Positions 48,544 to 58,120 of a stretch of DNA of 64,000 nt are shown in pieces. Position numbers and translations under genes: made by a program. Below the pieces are notes generated by a model, which saw only the letters and a program-made list of their open reading frames with translations, ran no database searches and was not told the origin of the DNA. The stretch is from an uncultured Kriegella sp. (lineage in GTDB: Bacteria; Bacteroidota; Bacteroidia; Flavobacteriales; Flavobacteriaceae), in contig NZ_CAXBGN010000011.1 of NCBI RefSeq assembly GCF_963975415.1, positions 67,410 to 131,409 of the forward strand. The letters are read 5' to 3'. How positions within the stretch are numbered: position 1 is the first letter of the stretch; every line of letters begins with the position of its first letter.

Positions 48544-48981
48544 TCAATCCTTCAAATGACCTTGTAATTTTTCGCTGTCGATTACGTACTCGGTAATTTT
48601 AAAAAGCTGCACCCTATGCTGCCTTACCCTTTTAATGAATTCGGCCAATTCATCTTCAAGCTCTCCATGCTCCGTTCTAAAGCGCTTCGAATCATTATCG
48701 GTACTGTTTGCCAAATGGGACAGGTGTGCGTCTACCCTGCCCAAGAGTTCCTCACATTCTCTCGTAGCTTTCAAGATAGTTTCCCCAACCCTCCTTACAT
48801 CATCTAAATTGGCTTGGTCCTCAATCCATACAAAATATTTATCCACCAAATGACGTAGAAATCTAAGGTCATCTTTATAGAATAAAAGATCTGATTTCCA
48901 ATGCCCGGTCAAAATGTACAATTCTTGCCATTTACTGTTTTGAATGGAATTACTTTTTGGTCTACTTCTAAAACTTTCCAT
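48544..48981 (-). CDS. Small helical protein, member 1 of a three-paralogue family of unknown function
   Basis: It shares W-x-S-x-L-x-F-x2-D-[DE]-x2-F-[LI]-x2-L-x3-Y, L-x-R-[VI]-x-[AS]-H and a second invariant His with the genes at 57660 and 59613. The start is moved to the ATG at 48981 because the track's ATG at 49038 lies upstream of the predicted -7 box. Confidence 0.6.
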   Translation of the reverse strand: MESFRSRPKSNSIQNSKWQELYILTGHWKSDLLFYKDDLRFLRHLVDKYFVWIEDQANLDDVRRVGETILKATRECEELLGRVDAHLSHLANSTDNDSKRFRTEHGELEDELAEFIKRVRQHRVQLFKITEYVIDSEKLQGHLKD

Positions 48982-49017
48982 GGCTTCTTTATTTTGATTC
49001 AAAGTACCCTTTGTTCC

Positions 49018-49060
49018 CAAAAGTACTTTTGATTTCAAGCTTTTAGTATGATATTTGTCA
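49018..49060 (-). promoter_or_regulatory. TGAY-N4-RTCA box plus -7 element (promoter of paralogue 1)
   Basis: TGATATTTGTCA at 49049-49060 (centre 49054.5). On the minus strand, TACTTTTG has its first T at 49025, offset 29.5 nt. Confidence 0.7.
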
Positions 49061-49214
49061 TGTAAGGTCTATTTTTTTTATAGGGTGGCAAGATTGTTTT
49101 GCGATAAAAGCAAATTGATGCTATCTGTATTGAGAATACTGATGTCAAAAAACAAACCAGACGTTCATTTCAGTGTTTTCCCGACCAAGACAAACTTTAA
49201 AACACACCAATTAT

Positions 49215-50543
49215 ATGGCAGAGAACAATAATTTTGATATACAAACGATTGGTAACGCTACGATACCTTCTCCTATTCACCTAGACCAAATGACCGGTGA
49301 TAGTATTTATAAATTTATTGAGGAAAAAAATAGAATATTAAGCGATGTTACATTGCAAGGTTTCAATACATGCGTACAAAGTAACAAAGCTCCGGTTTGT
49401 CTTGAAAAAGCAGGTCCCCGAGAGCGCATATTTTTTAGACCTGAAAATACTACGGCGGCAATCGTAACCTGTGGGGGCCTTTGTCCTGGAATCAATAATG
49501 TGATACGCAGTCTTGTCATGGCGTTACATTATTTTTATGGGGTCAAAAGAATTATTGGAATACCCTACGGATACGAGGGGCTGTCACCGAAAAGCACCCA
49601 TGGTCTTACTGAACTTACCCCTGACGTAGTAAACGATATTCATGAGTTCGGTGGAACCGTGCTAGGTTCGTCGAGAGGTGCGCAACCCGTCTCTGAAATG
49701 GTTGATATGCTCGAAAACAATAAAGTCGATTTATTATTTGCCATAGGGGGCGATGGCACCTTAAAGGGGGCTAATGCAATTGGTGATGAAATTGAAAAAC
49801 GAAAACTGCCGATTTCGGTCATTGGAATACCAAAAACCATTGATAACGATATTGACCTTATTGACAAATCGTTCGGATTTGAAACAGCCTTTGACACTGC
49901 GGCGCCCATTATAAGAGATGCACATAACGAGGCAACCGGTGCCTATAACGGAGTGTCGATCGTAAAATTAATGGGAAGGGATAGTGGCTTTATCGCTGCC
50001 TCGGCCGCCATTTCAATGCCCGTAGTGAACTTTGTCTTGGTACCTGAAATGACTTTCGACCTATATGGACCCAATGGCTTTTTCGAAGCTCTCAAGAAAC
50101 GCCTCGACTTCAAACACCATGCCGTCATCGTCGTTGCAGAAGGAGCCGGACAGCACTTGTTTGAAAATGAAAAACAAATAACCGATGCATCGGGAAATGT
50201 GCAGCATAAAGATATTGGTTTGTTGCTAAAGGATAAAATAAAGGAATATTTCGACTCGCAGGCTATTAAAACTACGATCAAGTATATTGACCCGAGTTAT
50301 ATCATCAGGAGTTCCCCTGCCAATGCCAGCGACAGCGTTTTCTGTAATAGACTGGCATATCACGCCGTACATGGTGCAATGGCAGGGAAGACCAGATTTG
50401 TGGTAGGCATGGTCAACAATCAATTTGTGTATCTACCCATATCTAAAGTGGTATCCCAAAGAAAAAAGATAGATTTGGCGGGCGAATTTTGGTTTGCCGC
50501 GCTACAGAGCACAGGGCAACCCTTTTCAATGGTGCAAGCATAA
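49215..50543 (+). CDS. pfkA: ATP-dependent 6-phosphofructokinase (long-form clade)
   Basis: PFK motifs CGGLCPGINNVIR, GGDGTLKG, PKTIDNDI and MGRDSGF. GGDG rather than GGDD suggests ATP dependence. The start is placed at the ATG at 49215 (MAENNN). Confidence 0.85.
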   Translation: MAENNNFDIQTIGNATIPSPIHLDQMTGDSIYKFIEEKNRILSDVTLQGFNTCVQSNKAPVCLEKAGPRERIFFRPENTTAAIVTCGGLCPGINNVIRSLVMALHYFYGVKRIIGIPYGYEGLSPKSTHGLTELTPDVVNDIHEFGGTVLGSSRGAQPVSEMVDMLENNKVDLLFAIGGDGTLKGANAIGDEIEKRKLPISVIGIPKTIDNDIDLIDKSFGFETAFDTAAPIIRDAHNEATGAYNGVSIVKLMGRDSGFIAASAAISMPVVNFVLVPEMTFDLYGPNGFFEALKKRLDFKHHAVIVVAEGAGQHLFENEKQITDASGNVQHKDIGLLLKDKIKEYFDSQAIKTTIKYIDPSYIIRSSPANASDSVFCNRLAYHAVHGAMAGKTRFVVGMVNNQFVYLPISKVVSQRKKIDLAGEFWFAALQSTGQPFSMVQA

Positions 50544-50567
50544 AATTATCTAGGTTTGACCAAGCAT

Positions 50568-50601
50568 AAAAAACCCGACACTATACGAGTATCGGGTTTT
50601 T
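50568..50601. terminator. Bidirectional rho-independent terminator between convergent pfkA and pckA
   Basis: AAAAACCCGA / TCGGGTTTTT arms, with an A-run on one side and a T-run on the other. Confidence 0.75.
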
Positions 50602-50622
50602 ATATACAGTCAATCCATTAAT

Positions 50623-52260
50623 TTAAACATGATCGGCCAAGGCGTGGTGGGTATCTATTAAAGGCCCACCGTTGAGAATTTCTTCCGAAGCCTGATTGGC
50701 AAATTTATCAAAGTTTAGATGGAAGGAATGTGCCAATTGTATGGCCTTACTTACATACACTCCCTTTTGTAACCATGTGTTCATGGGATCTAATAATTCA
50801 GTGGGCACCCCTTGACAGTATTTGGGCATTTGCAAGCCAAATATAGGATGCTGATTGTAATCGACCTTTTCAAGTTCTCCTTTTAGAATTGCGGAAATCA
50901 TCGCCCTTGTATATTTCAATTTTATTCGGGAGCCAACTCCGTAAGGTCCGCCCGTCCAGCCAGTATTGATCAACCAAACGTTGACACCTGCTTCAGTCAT
51001 TTTTTTACTTAGCATTTCTGCATATACCGTTGGATGCAAAGGCATAAAAGGCTCTCCAAAACAAGCAGAGAACGATGGAACAGGTTCATTTATTCCGGCT
51101 TCGGTTCCAGCAACTTTGGCGGTATAGCCCGAAATAAAATGATAGGCCGCTTGACCAGGCGTTAATTTCGATACAGGGGGCAAGACTCCGAAAGCATCAC
51201 AGGTCAGAAAGAAAATGTTCTTCGGATTTTTGGCAAACGAAGGTACCTGAATATTATCGATATGATCAATCGGATAGCTCACCCGGGTATTCTGGGTTAT
51301 CGAACTATCGAAATAGTCCACCTCTTTTGTTCCCTCCCTAAAACCTACATTTTCTAAAAGTGCACCCGGTCGAATGGCACGGAAAATATCGGGTTCCTTG
51401 TCTTCTGTAAGGTCGATTACTTTGGCGTAACAACCTCCTTCAAAATTAAAAATGGTATTGTCAGATGCCCAACCATGCTCGTCATCTCCGATTAACTTTC
51501 GTTCGGGATCGGCAGACAACGTCGTTTTTCCCGTTCCCGATAGCCCAAAGAAAATAGCGGTATCTCCGTCTACACCAACATTGGCCGAGCAATGCATCGG
51601 CAGCACATTACGTTCTGTGGGTAAAATTAAGTTCAAGGCAGAAAAAATGCCCTTCTTCATTTCACCGGTATAGGCCGAACCTGCAATCAATGCAATTTTT
51701 TTTGTGAAATTGATAATGGAAAAGTTACCACTTCCAATACCGAACGATTTGGGCTCTTGGGCCACATAACCTGGTGCACATAGCACCAGCCATTCTTCGT
51801 CAAAATCTTCAAGTTCATCTTCGTTCAACCGAAGAAACATGTTTTTTATAAAATAATTAGACCACGGATATTCGGTAATCGTCCGCACGTTCATATGATA
51901 TTTTGGATCGGCGCAGACATAGGCATCGCGTACATAGACCTCCTTTCCCGATAGATACGTTATCACTTCAGTATGTAGCTTGTCGAAATTTTCGGGAGCC
52001 AATGGCTTATTGACACGACCCCACCATACTTTATCGCTGGTGTAATCATCTTTTACCAAAAAACGATCTTTGGGCGACCGTCCTGTGAACTTACCTGTAT
52101 TTACGCAGAGTGTACCGTTCGCTGTTTCGGTACCCATACCTTTTGCAACGGTCAATTTTTGAAGCGTCTCTCCATCAAGGTTCCAATGGGCAGTGACATT
52201 TTCCAATCCGTATTTTTGAAGGTCTTTATTCTTTGACGTTTTCGCTAATGTTTCTTCCAT
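50623..52260 (-). CDS. pckA: Phosphoenolpyruvate carboxykinase (ATP)
   Basis: 545 aa with the P-loop GLSGTGKTTLS, LIGDDEHGW and NTGWTGG motifs. Confidence 0.95.
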   Translation of the reverse strand: MEETLAKTSKNKDLQKYGLENVTAHWNLDGETLQKLTVAKGMGTETANGTLCVNTGKFTGRSPKDRFLVKDDYTSDKVWWGRVNKPLAPENFDKLHTEVITYLSGKEVYVRDAYVCADPKYHMNVRTITEYPWSNYFIKNMFLRLNEDELEDFDEEWLVLCAPGYVAQEPKSFGIGSGNFSIINFTKKIALIAGSAYTGEMKKGIFSALNLILPTERNVLPMHCSANVGVDGDTAIFFGLSGTGKTTLSADPERKLIGDDEHGWASDNTIFNFEGGCYAKVIDLTEDKEPDIFRAIRPGALLENVGFREGTKEVDYFDSSITQNTRVSYPIDHIDNIQVPSFAKNPKNIFFLTCDAFGVLPPVSKLTPGQAAYHFISGYTAKVAGTEAGINEPVPSFSACFGEPFMPLHPTVYAEMLSKKMTEAGVNVWLINTGWTGGPYGVGSRIKLKYTRAMISAILKGELEKVDYNQHPIFGLQMPKYCQGVPTELLDPMNTWLQKGVYVSKAIQLAHSFHLNFDKFANQASEEILNGGPLIDTHHALADHV

Positions 52261-52287
52261 GGTTCTTTTTTGAGAGGTTTATAAAAA

Positions 52288-53073
52288 TTAATCTATGGCC
52301 AGCACTGGCACTTGTGAATGTAAAGTCAATAACTGGGTAAGCTGACCTTCTGAAGGTTCACTACGTTTGCTATGATTTCTCGGCAAAATGGTAATAAGAT
52401 CGAGTTCTTTTTTAGATGCATAGTTCAATATGCCCTCTACAACATCTTTATTCTTGATAAAGACGCGTTCTGCATAAAAACTTTCTAGATAATATTCTAC
52501 GGCATTTTCATTCTTTTCTTCTTCTTCAGAATAGCCATAATTGCCAGGTTTGTTTTCTATTGTAACCACATGTACTTGGGCATTGAACCTTCGGGCCACC
52601 TGCAATAGCGTTTCCAAAACTCTGGTATCATCAATTTCTTCATTCCCCAAAACCAAAGCGATGCGCTTTAATTTAAAATCTCGGTAGGCATTTGGTACCA
52701 CTAAAACGGGGCAATCTGCTTCGAGTACAAATTTTGAAGTATTCGTAATTTCTGCATCGCCTTCTTTCCCGGTGCCCGAAGTGCCCATGATTACCATATC
52801 TACCTGTCTCGTATTTTGTATGGCCAGCAACGTATTTGTCAAGGATCCACTTTGTGTGACCCATTCCAATTTGTTCTTGAGCTTTGAATTATACTTTTCT
52901 TCAATTTTTTTTAAGTTTTCGGGCATTATACTAAAATTGCTATTCCCTGAAATATGGGCAAGAACAATTCTTATATCATCATTGCGCCCGACAAATGTTA
53001 CGGTGTACTCCAAAGCGCATTTGGCAATATTTGAAAAATCAAAGGGTACTAGTATGGTGGAAATTCTGTCCAT
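52288..53073 (-). CDS. Universal stress protein, tandem Usp domains
   Basis: 261 aa with ILVPFDFS, MGTSGTGKEGDAEITNTSK and VPVLAI. It ends 27 nt upstream of pckA on the same strand, so it is probably co-transcribed. Confidence 0.85.
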   Translation of the reverse strand: MDRISTILVPFDFSNIAKCALEYTVTFVGRNDDIRIVLAHISGNSNFSIMPENLKKIEEKYNSKLKNKLEWVTQSGSLTNTLLAIQNTRQVDMVIMGTSGTGKEGDAEITNTSKFVLEADCPVLVVPNAYRDFKLKRIALVLGNEEIDDTRVLETLLQVARRFNAQVHVVTIENKPGNYGYSEEEEKNENAVEYYLESFYAERVFIKNKDVVEGILNYASKKELDLITILPRNHSKRSEPSEGQLTQLLTLHSQVPVLAID

Positions 53074-53100
53074 TGCTCATGGTTTTTATATGATTCACTA

Positions 53101-53143
53101 CAAAATTACCGATCGATATTGCGGCAAAAAATGACAATAGTCA
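53101..53143 (-). promoter_or_regulatory. TGAY-N4-RTCA box plus -7 element (promoter of usp-pckA)
   Basis: ATGACAATAGTCAT at 53131-53144 (centre 53137.5). On the minus strand, TAATTTTG has its first T at 53108, offset 29.5 nt. Confidence 0.75.
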
Positions 53144-53174
53144 TAAGCATTCAAAAATTAAGTGGCTACTATTG
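53132..53174 (+). promoter_or_regulatory. Same palindrome used in the plus direction (promoter of the ROK glucokinase)
   Basis: TACTATTG at 53167-53174 (one mismatch to TAnnTTTG), offset 29.5 nt from the same centre. Confidence 0.55.
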
Positions 53175-53207
53175 AAATTCAGAAGTATACTTTATAAATT
53201 AGCATAT

Positions 53208-54164
53208 ATGGATTTAGTAGCAGGAATAGATATTGGGGGTACCAAGACAAAAATTGGTTTGGTAGATAAAAATGGTGAATGTCTTGAACAATCATCTTTT
53301 AGAACCCAGGAATTTGAAGATTTCGATAACTTTTTAGTTCAGATAAAGAAGGAAATTGCAGCACTTGAAGCAAGGCTTGAGTTCCCAGTAAATCTCATCG
53401 GATGTGGCATCGGCGCCCCTAATGCCTCCAGTAGAAATGGCACCATAGAAAACGCCGCTAACTTAAGATGGAAAGGATCCTTACCTGTTCTCGAAAAATT
53501 CAAGCAGCACCTCGACGTTCCCATGCGCATAATGAACGATGCCAGTGCTGCGGCATTAGGGGAAATGCTTTTTGGAAACGCAAAAGAGATGGATGATTTT
53601 ATCGTCATCACCCTAGGTACAGGCTTAGGTGCGGGTATCGTTGCGAACGGAAAATTGATAGAGGGCTATGACGGATTTGCCGGTGAACTCGGTCACATCG
53701 ACATGACTTTGGGCGATGGACGCTTAACGGGCCTAAACGTTCGCGGCGGATTGGAAGCCTACGTTTCGGCAACCGGGCTCAAGCGTACCATACTATTTAT
53801 GTTGTGCAAATATATGGATGATAGTCGGTTTCGAAATATAGCCTATAACGACCTGCACGGCGAAGATATTACCAAGGCAGCCGAAGAAGGTGATCTTATT
53901 GCCTTAAAAGCATTTGATTATACTGCAAAAATAATGGGATTGGCACTCGCCAATTTCACGGCCTTCACACAACCACAAGCTTTCTTCTTAATGGGGGGAC
54001 TCGTCAATAGTGGCAAATGGATTTTGGATCCCCTACAAACTTATTTCGCTGATTATTTGCTCGAGGTCTATAAAGGAAAAGTTCAAATACTCACCTCGGG
54101 AATGGAAGGCAAAACGGCTGCAATTTGTGGAGCTGCAGCATTAATTTGGGAGAAACAAAGTTAG
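53208..54164 (+). CDS. ROK-family glucokinase
   Basis: MDLVAGIDIGGTKTK ATP-binding start, ROK motifs (NDASAAALGE, GTGLGAGIV) and GELGH. The start is at the ATG at 53208, since the track's TTG at 53172 falls inside the predicted promoter. Confidence 0.85.
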   Translation: MDLVAGIDIGGTKTKIGLVDKNGECLEQSSFRTQEFEDFDNFLVQIKKEIAALEARLEFPVNLIGCGIGAPNASSRNGTIENAANLRWKGSLPVLEKFKQHLDVPMRIMNDASAAALGEMLFGNAKEMDDFIVITLGTGLGAGIVANGKLIEGYDGFAGELGHIDMTLGDGRLTGLNVRGGLEAYVSATGLKRTILFMLCKYMDDSRFRNIAYNDLHGEDITKAAEEGDLIALKAFDYTAKIMGLALANFTAFTQPQAFFLMGGLVNSGKWILDPLQTYFADYLLEVYKGKVQILTSGMEGKTAAICGAAALIWEKQS

Positions 54165-54326
54165 GCTGACGACCTACCTTTAAAGTAAGCTAGTTTGAGA
54201 AAATCAGAAATATTATTGTCTGCTCGGGTTTTAGTTTTAAAATAAAAGTTATGGATCAATCTATGGTTTCTGCCTGAGAAAATCGCATCCACTACGCATC
54301 TAAAATAAAAACTAGCTTTTCCGATA

Positions 54327-54369
54327 TGACAATAGTCATTTTCTACTGACTTTTACCCTTGTAACTTTG
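54327..54369 (+). promoter_or_regulatory. TGAY-N4-RTCA box plus -7 element (usp 54395)
   Basis: ATGACAATAGTCAT at 54326-54339 is identical to the 14-mer at 53131. Perfect TAACTTTG at 54362-54369, offset 29.5 nt. Confidence 0.75.
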
Positions 54370-54394
54370 GAGGACAAATAAAATTTCTTGAACG

Positions 54395-55234
54395 ATGCAG
54401 ATTTTGATTCCAACCGACTTTTCCGAAAATTCATGGAACGCTATTAAATACGGCCTTGATTTTTTCAAAAAAACGAAATGTACATTTTATATAATGCACA
54501 TTAACCCCATACCCCCCTACTCAGGTGCCGGAAGTTCGATTCGCCTTTCGCGCGATAATTTCAAAGATATCATTCTAAAAGAAAGTAAGGCCGATCTGAA
54601 AAAGTTGTTCAAAAGAATTGAAACGGAACTTCCCTTGAACACCAAACATACCTTTATACCATTGGCATTTTATGATTACTTAGTTGATGCGGTAAAACGA
54701 GAAACTGAAGCCAAGAAAATAGATCTTATAATAATGGGAACGAAGGGAGCCTCTGGCATAAAAAAAGCAACCGTTGGCAGCAATACCGGTGATGTTATCA
54801 CAAAGGTAAAATGCCCGTTATTGGCCGTTCCCGAAAATGCGACATATGCAGACCTCAACGAAATTGCCTTTCCGACCGATTTTCATATTGGCTACGACAT
54901 TAAAGTTTTAGATACCTTAATAGAAATGACTACTAAGCATAAGGCTGTATTACGTATACTGCACATTTCTAAAAAAGGAGAGAATTTAAGTGAAGAGCAG
55001 CAAAAAAATAAAGATTTTTTACATGAATATCTTATCGACATTGACCATACATTTCATTCTTTAACGGGTACTGAACTAGAGACTGCAGTGCAATGTTTTA
55101 CCGAAAGCAGAGATATCGACATGATTGCCATGGTCGCAAAAAATCTAAACTTCTTTCAACGCATATTGTTCAGGCCAAAAGTAGAAAAAATAAGTTACCA
55201 TACCGATGTACCATTTTTGGTCTTACACGAATAG
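54395..55234 (+). CDS. Universal stress protein, tandem Usp domains
   Basis: 279 aa with MQILIPTDFS, MGTKGASGIKKATVGSNT, CPLLAVP and VPFLVLHE. Confidence 0.9.
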   Translation: MQILIPTDFSENSWNAIKYGLDFFKKTKCTFYIMHINPIPPYSGAGSSIRLSRDNFKDIILKESKADLKKLFKRIETELPLNTKHTFIPLAFYDYLVDAVKRETEAKKIDLIIMGTKGASGIKKATVGSNTGDVITKVKCPLLAVPENATYADLNEIAFPTDFHIGYDIKVLDTLIEMTTKHKAVLRILHISKKGENLSEEQQKNKDFLHEYLIDIDHTFHSLTGTELETAVQCFTESRDIDMIAMVAKNLNFFQRILFRPKVEKISYHTDVPFLVLHE

Positions 55235-55318
55235 TAACGTTGAATACCCATCAGAACAAGGTTCCGTCTCCAAATCACTTATGGGGTTTGTCTGGCTCTT
55301 ACATCAGAAATTGTTTTT

Positions 55319-55618
55319 TTAAGCGAATGATTTAATTGTTGTTACAATATCATTTTTTTGAACTACCCCAGACTGCCTCCAAACTTGTTTTCCATTTTTG
55401 AACAACAACATTGTAGGCACTCCCCGTACTTGATATTGACTCGCCAAGGGCTGGTTTTTATCGACATCGATTTTTATAATTTTCACACTGTCGCCCAATT
55501 CGTCCTTAACCTGCTTTAATATAGGGGCCAACATTTTACATGGCCCGCACCAATCGGCAAAAAAATCTACTAAAACCGGAGTTTTCGAATCTATAATGTT
55601 TTGAAAACTACTTTTCAT
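55319..55618 (-). CDS. trxA: Thioredoxin
   Basis: 99 aa counted from MKSSFQ, with the WCGPC active site. The 22-aa extension in the track is hydrophobic and not thioredoxin-like. Confidence 0.85.
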   Translation of the reverse strand: MKSSFQNIIDSKTPVLVDFFADWCGPCKMLAPILKQVKDELGDSVKIIKIDVDKNQPLASQYQVRGVPTMLLFKNGKQVWRQSGVVQKNDIVTTIKSFA

Positions 55619-55671
55619 CTTATTAAAAAATTTATAACGTACAAGGTAGCAAAATAGATAAGAAAAGAAAC

Positions 55672-55714
55672 TGACCAATATCATGTTTTTTAGCCGCCAT
55701 CCACATTATTTTTA
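55672..55714 (+). promoter_or_regulatory. TGAY-N4-RTCA box plus -7 element (usp 55732)
   Basis: TGACCAATATCA at 55672-55683 (centre 55677.5). TATTTTTA at 55707-55714, offset 29.5 nt. Confidence 0.65.
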
Positions 55715-55731
55715 ACTCAAACTTAAATACT

Positions 55732-56568
55732 ATGGAAAAAATATTGGTGCCTACCGATTTTTCGAGTAATGCCTACAATGCTCTTTTTCATGCCGTACAA
55801 TTGGTCAAAAATGAACCTTGCACCTTTTATTTACTCAATGTACATGATGAATTTACTCCGTTAATCAGTAAAAGTAGTGGTAAAGATTTGATACAACAGC
55901 TCAGTGATGAGTCACACGAGGGGCTAAAGGCCCTTGCCCATCGCATCAAAAGAGACGACCCCAATCAACAACATATATTCAAAACCATTTCGAAGTATGG
56001 AGAATTAACACAAACTATTTTCAATGTCGTTGGTAAAGAGGGAATCGATTTAGTGGTAATGGGAAATACAGGGTGTTCTGAAATCGAGGCTATTTTTTTG
56101 GGAAGCAATGTTTTAAACACTATAAGTGCCATCAAAAAATGTCCGGTTTTAACCGTTCCGAAAGAAATAGATTTTGTTCCACCAAAACAGATTGCCTTTG
56201 TCACAGACTATCATCGGCCATACGATGCAGGACTTTTGCAACCACTCCTTTTTTTGGCCAAACAATATGGCGCAAAAATTTGTGTAATGCATATCAACCA
56301 AGAAGAGGTATTGAACAAATACCAAACCATGAACAAAAGTATCTTAATCGACTATCTGTCACCTTTTGAAAATTCATTTCATTGGATGCCACTCTTTAAG
56401 AACAAGGCGAATTCTATAACCACATTTTTAGAAGAATTGAAAATCGACATTCTAACTATGGTGAATTACCAACATAGTATACTAGAGCGTGCCACGCGTG
56501 AACCCGTAATCAAAAGAGTGGCCTTTGATTTGGATATCCCTTTTTTAGTAATTCCTGATTCAGACTGA
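55732..56568 (+). CDS. Universal stress protein, tandem Usp domains
   Basis: 278 aa with MEKILVPTDFS, MGNTGCSEIEAIFLGSN, CPVLTVP and IPFLVIP. Confidence 0.9.
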   Translation: MEKILVPTDFSSNAYNALFHAVQLVKNEPCTFYLLNVHDEFTPLISKSSGKDLIQQLSDESHEGLKALAHRIKRDDPNQQHIFKTISKYGELTQTIFNVVGKEGIDLVVMGNTGCSEIEAIFLGSNVLNTISAIKKCPVLTVPKEIDFVPPKQIAFVTDYHRPYDAGLLQPLLFLAKQYGAKICVMHINQEEVLNKYQTMNKSILIDYLSPFENSFHWMPLFKNKANSITTFLEELKIDILTMVNYQHSILERATREPVIKRVAFDLDIPFLVIPDSD

Positions 56569-56608
56569 CATTCGTCATAGAGTACGGTATCCCAAAGCCT
56601 TAATTTTA
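56566..56608 (+). promoter_or_regulatory. TGAY-N4-RTCA box plus -7 element (usp 56632)
   Basis: TGACATTCGTCA at 56566-56577 overlaps the upstream TGA stop (centre 56571.5). TAATTTTA at 56601-56608, offset 29.5 nt. Confidence 0.65.
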
Positions 56609-56631
56609 TACTATATCCTTAAAATTTCAAT

Positions 56632-57483
56632 ATGGAAAAGCGAATATTGTTACCGACCGATTTCTCAAAAAATGCGTTGAATGCTATTCGATATGCCCTT
56701 TCCCTTTACGAAGAACAACAATGTGATTTCTATTTTTTAAATGTTTACCAGGTCGATGGCTATAATCTCGAAAATGCGATGATGGTGCCCGAACCCGGGG
56801 AGATTGCCTTTGAAGCGGCAAGATCTAAATCAAAGCTTCGTTTCAATGAACTAAAGCAAATTTTGAGTTTAAGTCATCATAATCAAAAACACACCTATCA
56901 TACCATATCTACCTTTAGTTATCTATTCGAAGCCGTAGAAAATGCCATTGCGAAACATGATATTGATATTGTCGTCATGGGTACCAAGGGCAGTACCGGT
57001 TCACATACCATTATCTATGGCACGAATACTATCAACCTCATGGAAAAAGTCACCGAGTGCCCTGTTCTTGCCATACCGGAAAAGGCTCGTTATTCAACGC
57101 CCCGCGAAATTGTATTTCCTACCGATTACAAAACACCTTTTAAGCGTAGGGAACTTAATTACCTGGTTGAAATCGGAAAAATGCACGGCACTGCAATACG
57201 CATTCTACATATCAAAGAAAAAGAAAAACTCACAAAAGCCCAACAGAACAATAAAGAGCTTCTAGAAAACATTTTGAAAGATATCGATCATAGTTCCCAC
57301 AGTTTGGAAGGCGTTAAGGTACACACGGGAATCAATGCATTTATTGAAAGTCGCAAAAGTGATATGGTCGCCTTTCTCAACAAAAAACACCGCTTTTTTG
57401 GCAGCATGTGGTCAAAGCCCCTCGTCAAAGAGTTGGGGTACCACTCACGCGTTCCCGTATTTACATTGAACGACCATTCTTAA
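56632..57483 (+). CDS. Universal stress protein, tandem Usp domains
   Basis: 283 aa with MEKRILLPTDFS, MGTKGSTGSHTIIYGTNT, CPVLAIP and VPVFTLN. Confidence 0.9.
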   Translation: MEKRILLPTDFSKNALNAIRYALSLYEEQQCDFYFLNVYQVDGYNLENAMMVPEPGEIAFEAARSKSKLRFNELKQILSLSHHNQKHTYHTISTFSYLFEAVENAIAKHDIDIVVMGTKGSTGSHTIIYGTNTINLMEKVTECPVLAIPEKARYSTPREIVFPTDYKTPFKRRELNYLVEIGKMHGTAIRILHIKEKEKLTKAQQNNKELLENILKDIDHSSHSLEGVKVHTGINAFIESRKSDMVAFLNKKHRFFGSMWSKPLVKELGYHSRVPVFTLNDHS

Positions 57484-57659
57484 ATTCATTGGTTCAAAAA
57501 AGGGCAAAAACTTAATTTCATCGCGTAGTGCCTACTTATTCAGGTATTCAGGGTCGGTAGCTTTATTAACATAATTTTTAACACCAAAACCGACTCAAGT
57601 AATTGCTTTTCATTAGTTTATGAATTAACTTCATAGGGAATCATAATGCAACACGGACT

Positions 57660-58085
57660 ATGAATAAAGACATTCGAACAAAATCAGACCAGGCACAAAA
57701 AACAGAAATATTTTACTATGACTGCCAAAACTGGAGGTCTAAGCTTTGGTTTATGGAAGATGAGACCATTTTCATAAATCGTTTGCTGACTTCCTATGTT
57801 TTTGAACCCAACACACCCGACCTGTTCGAACGTTTGCAAGAATATTTAAACCGACTAAAAAAATCGAAAACAACGAAGAGCCGAGTTCTTGAACGTATCA
57901 TCGCCCATGAAAAAAATCTCGGGGGTATGTTTGAATGTAAAGATCAGAGCTGCGACCTCGGTTTCGAACGAAAACACAAAACCATTGAGGCACAAGTTGT
58001 CGATTGTATCGAAAATTTTCAAACCCTAAAGACTGAAATATTCAATTATGCCGGATCCATCCTAAAAAAGAGAAAACCGTACTAA
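57660..58085 (+). CDS. Small helical protein, member 2 of the three-paralogue family
   Basis: 141 aa carrying the same conserved W/S/L/F/D/Y block and two invariant His as the genes at 48544 and 59613. Confidence 0.6.
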   Translation: MNKDIRTKSDQAQKTEIFYYDCQNWRSKLWFMEDETIFINRLLTSYVFEPNTPDLFERLQEYLNRLKKSKTTKSRVLERIIAHEKNLGGMFECKDQSCDLGFERKHKTIEAQVVDCIENFQTLKTEIFNYAGSILKKRKPY

Positions 58086-58120
58086 CTAAAGGTTTCCTAA
58101 TAAAAACCATGTTCACATCA

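Noticed and set aside
54195-54285. Direct repeat of TGAGAAAATC (around 54195 and 54276) upstream of usp 54395.
   Set aside because: It is a 10-mer seen twice in AT-rich DNA, with no symmetry or phasing relative to the promoter. That is insufficient to call a site.
57620-57634. ATGAATTAACTTCAT palindrome upstream of paralogue 2.
   Set aside because: It has a 5-nt spacer and TGAA/TTCA half-sites. No phased -7 box was found, and it does not fit either operator family.
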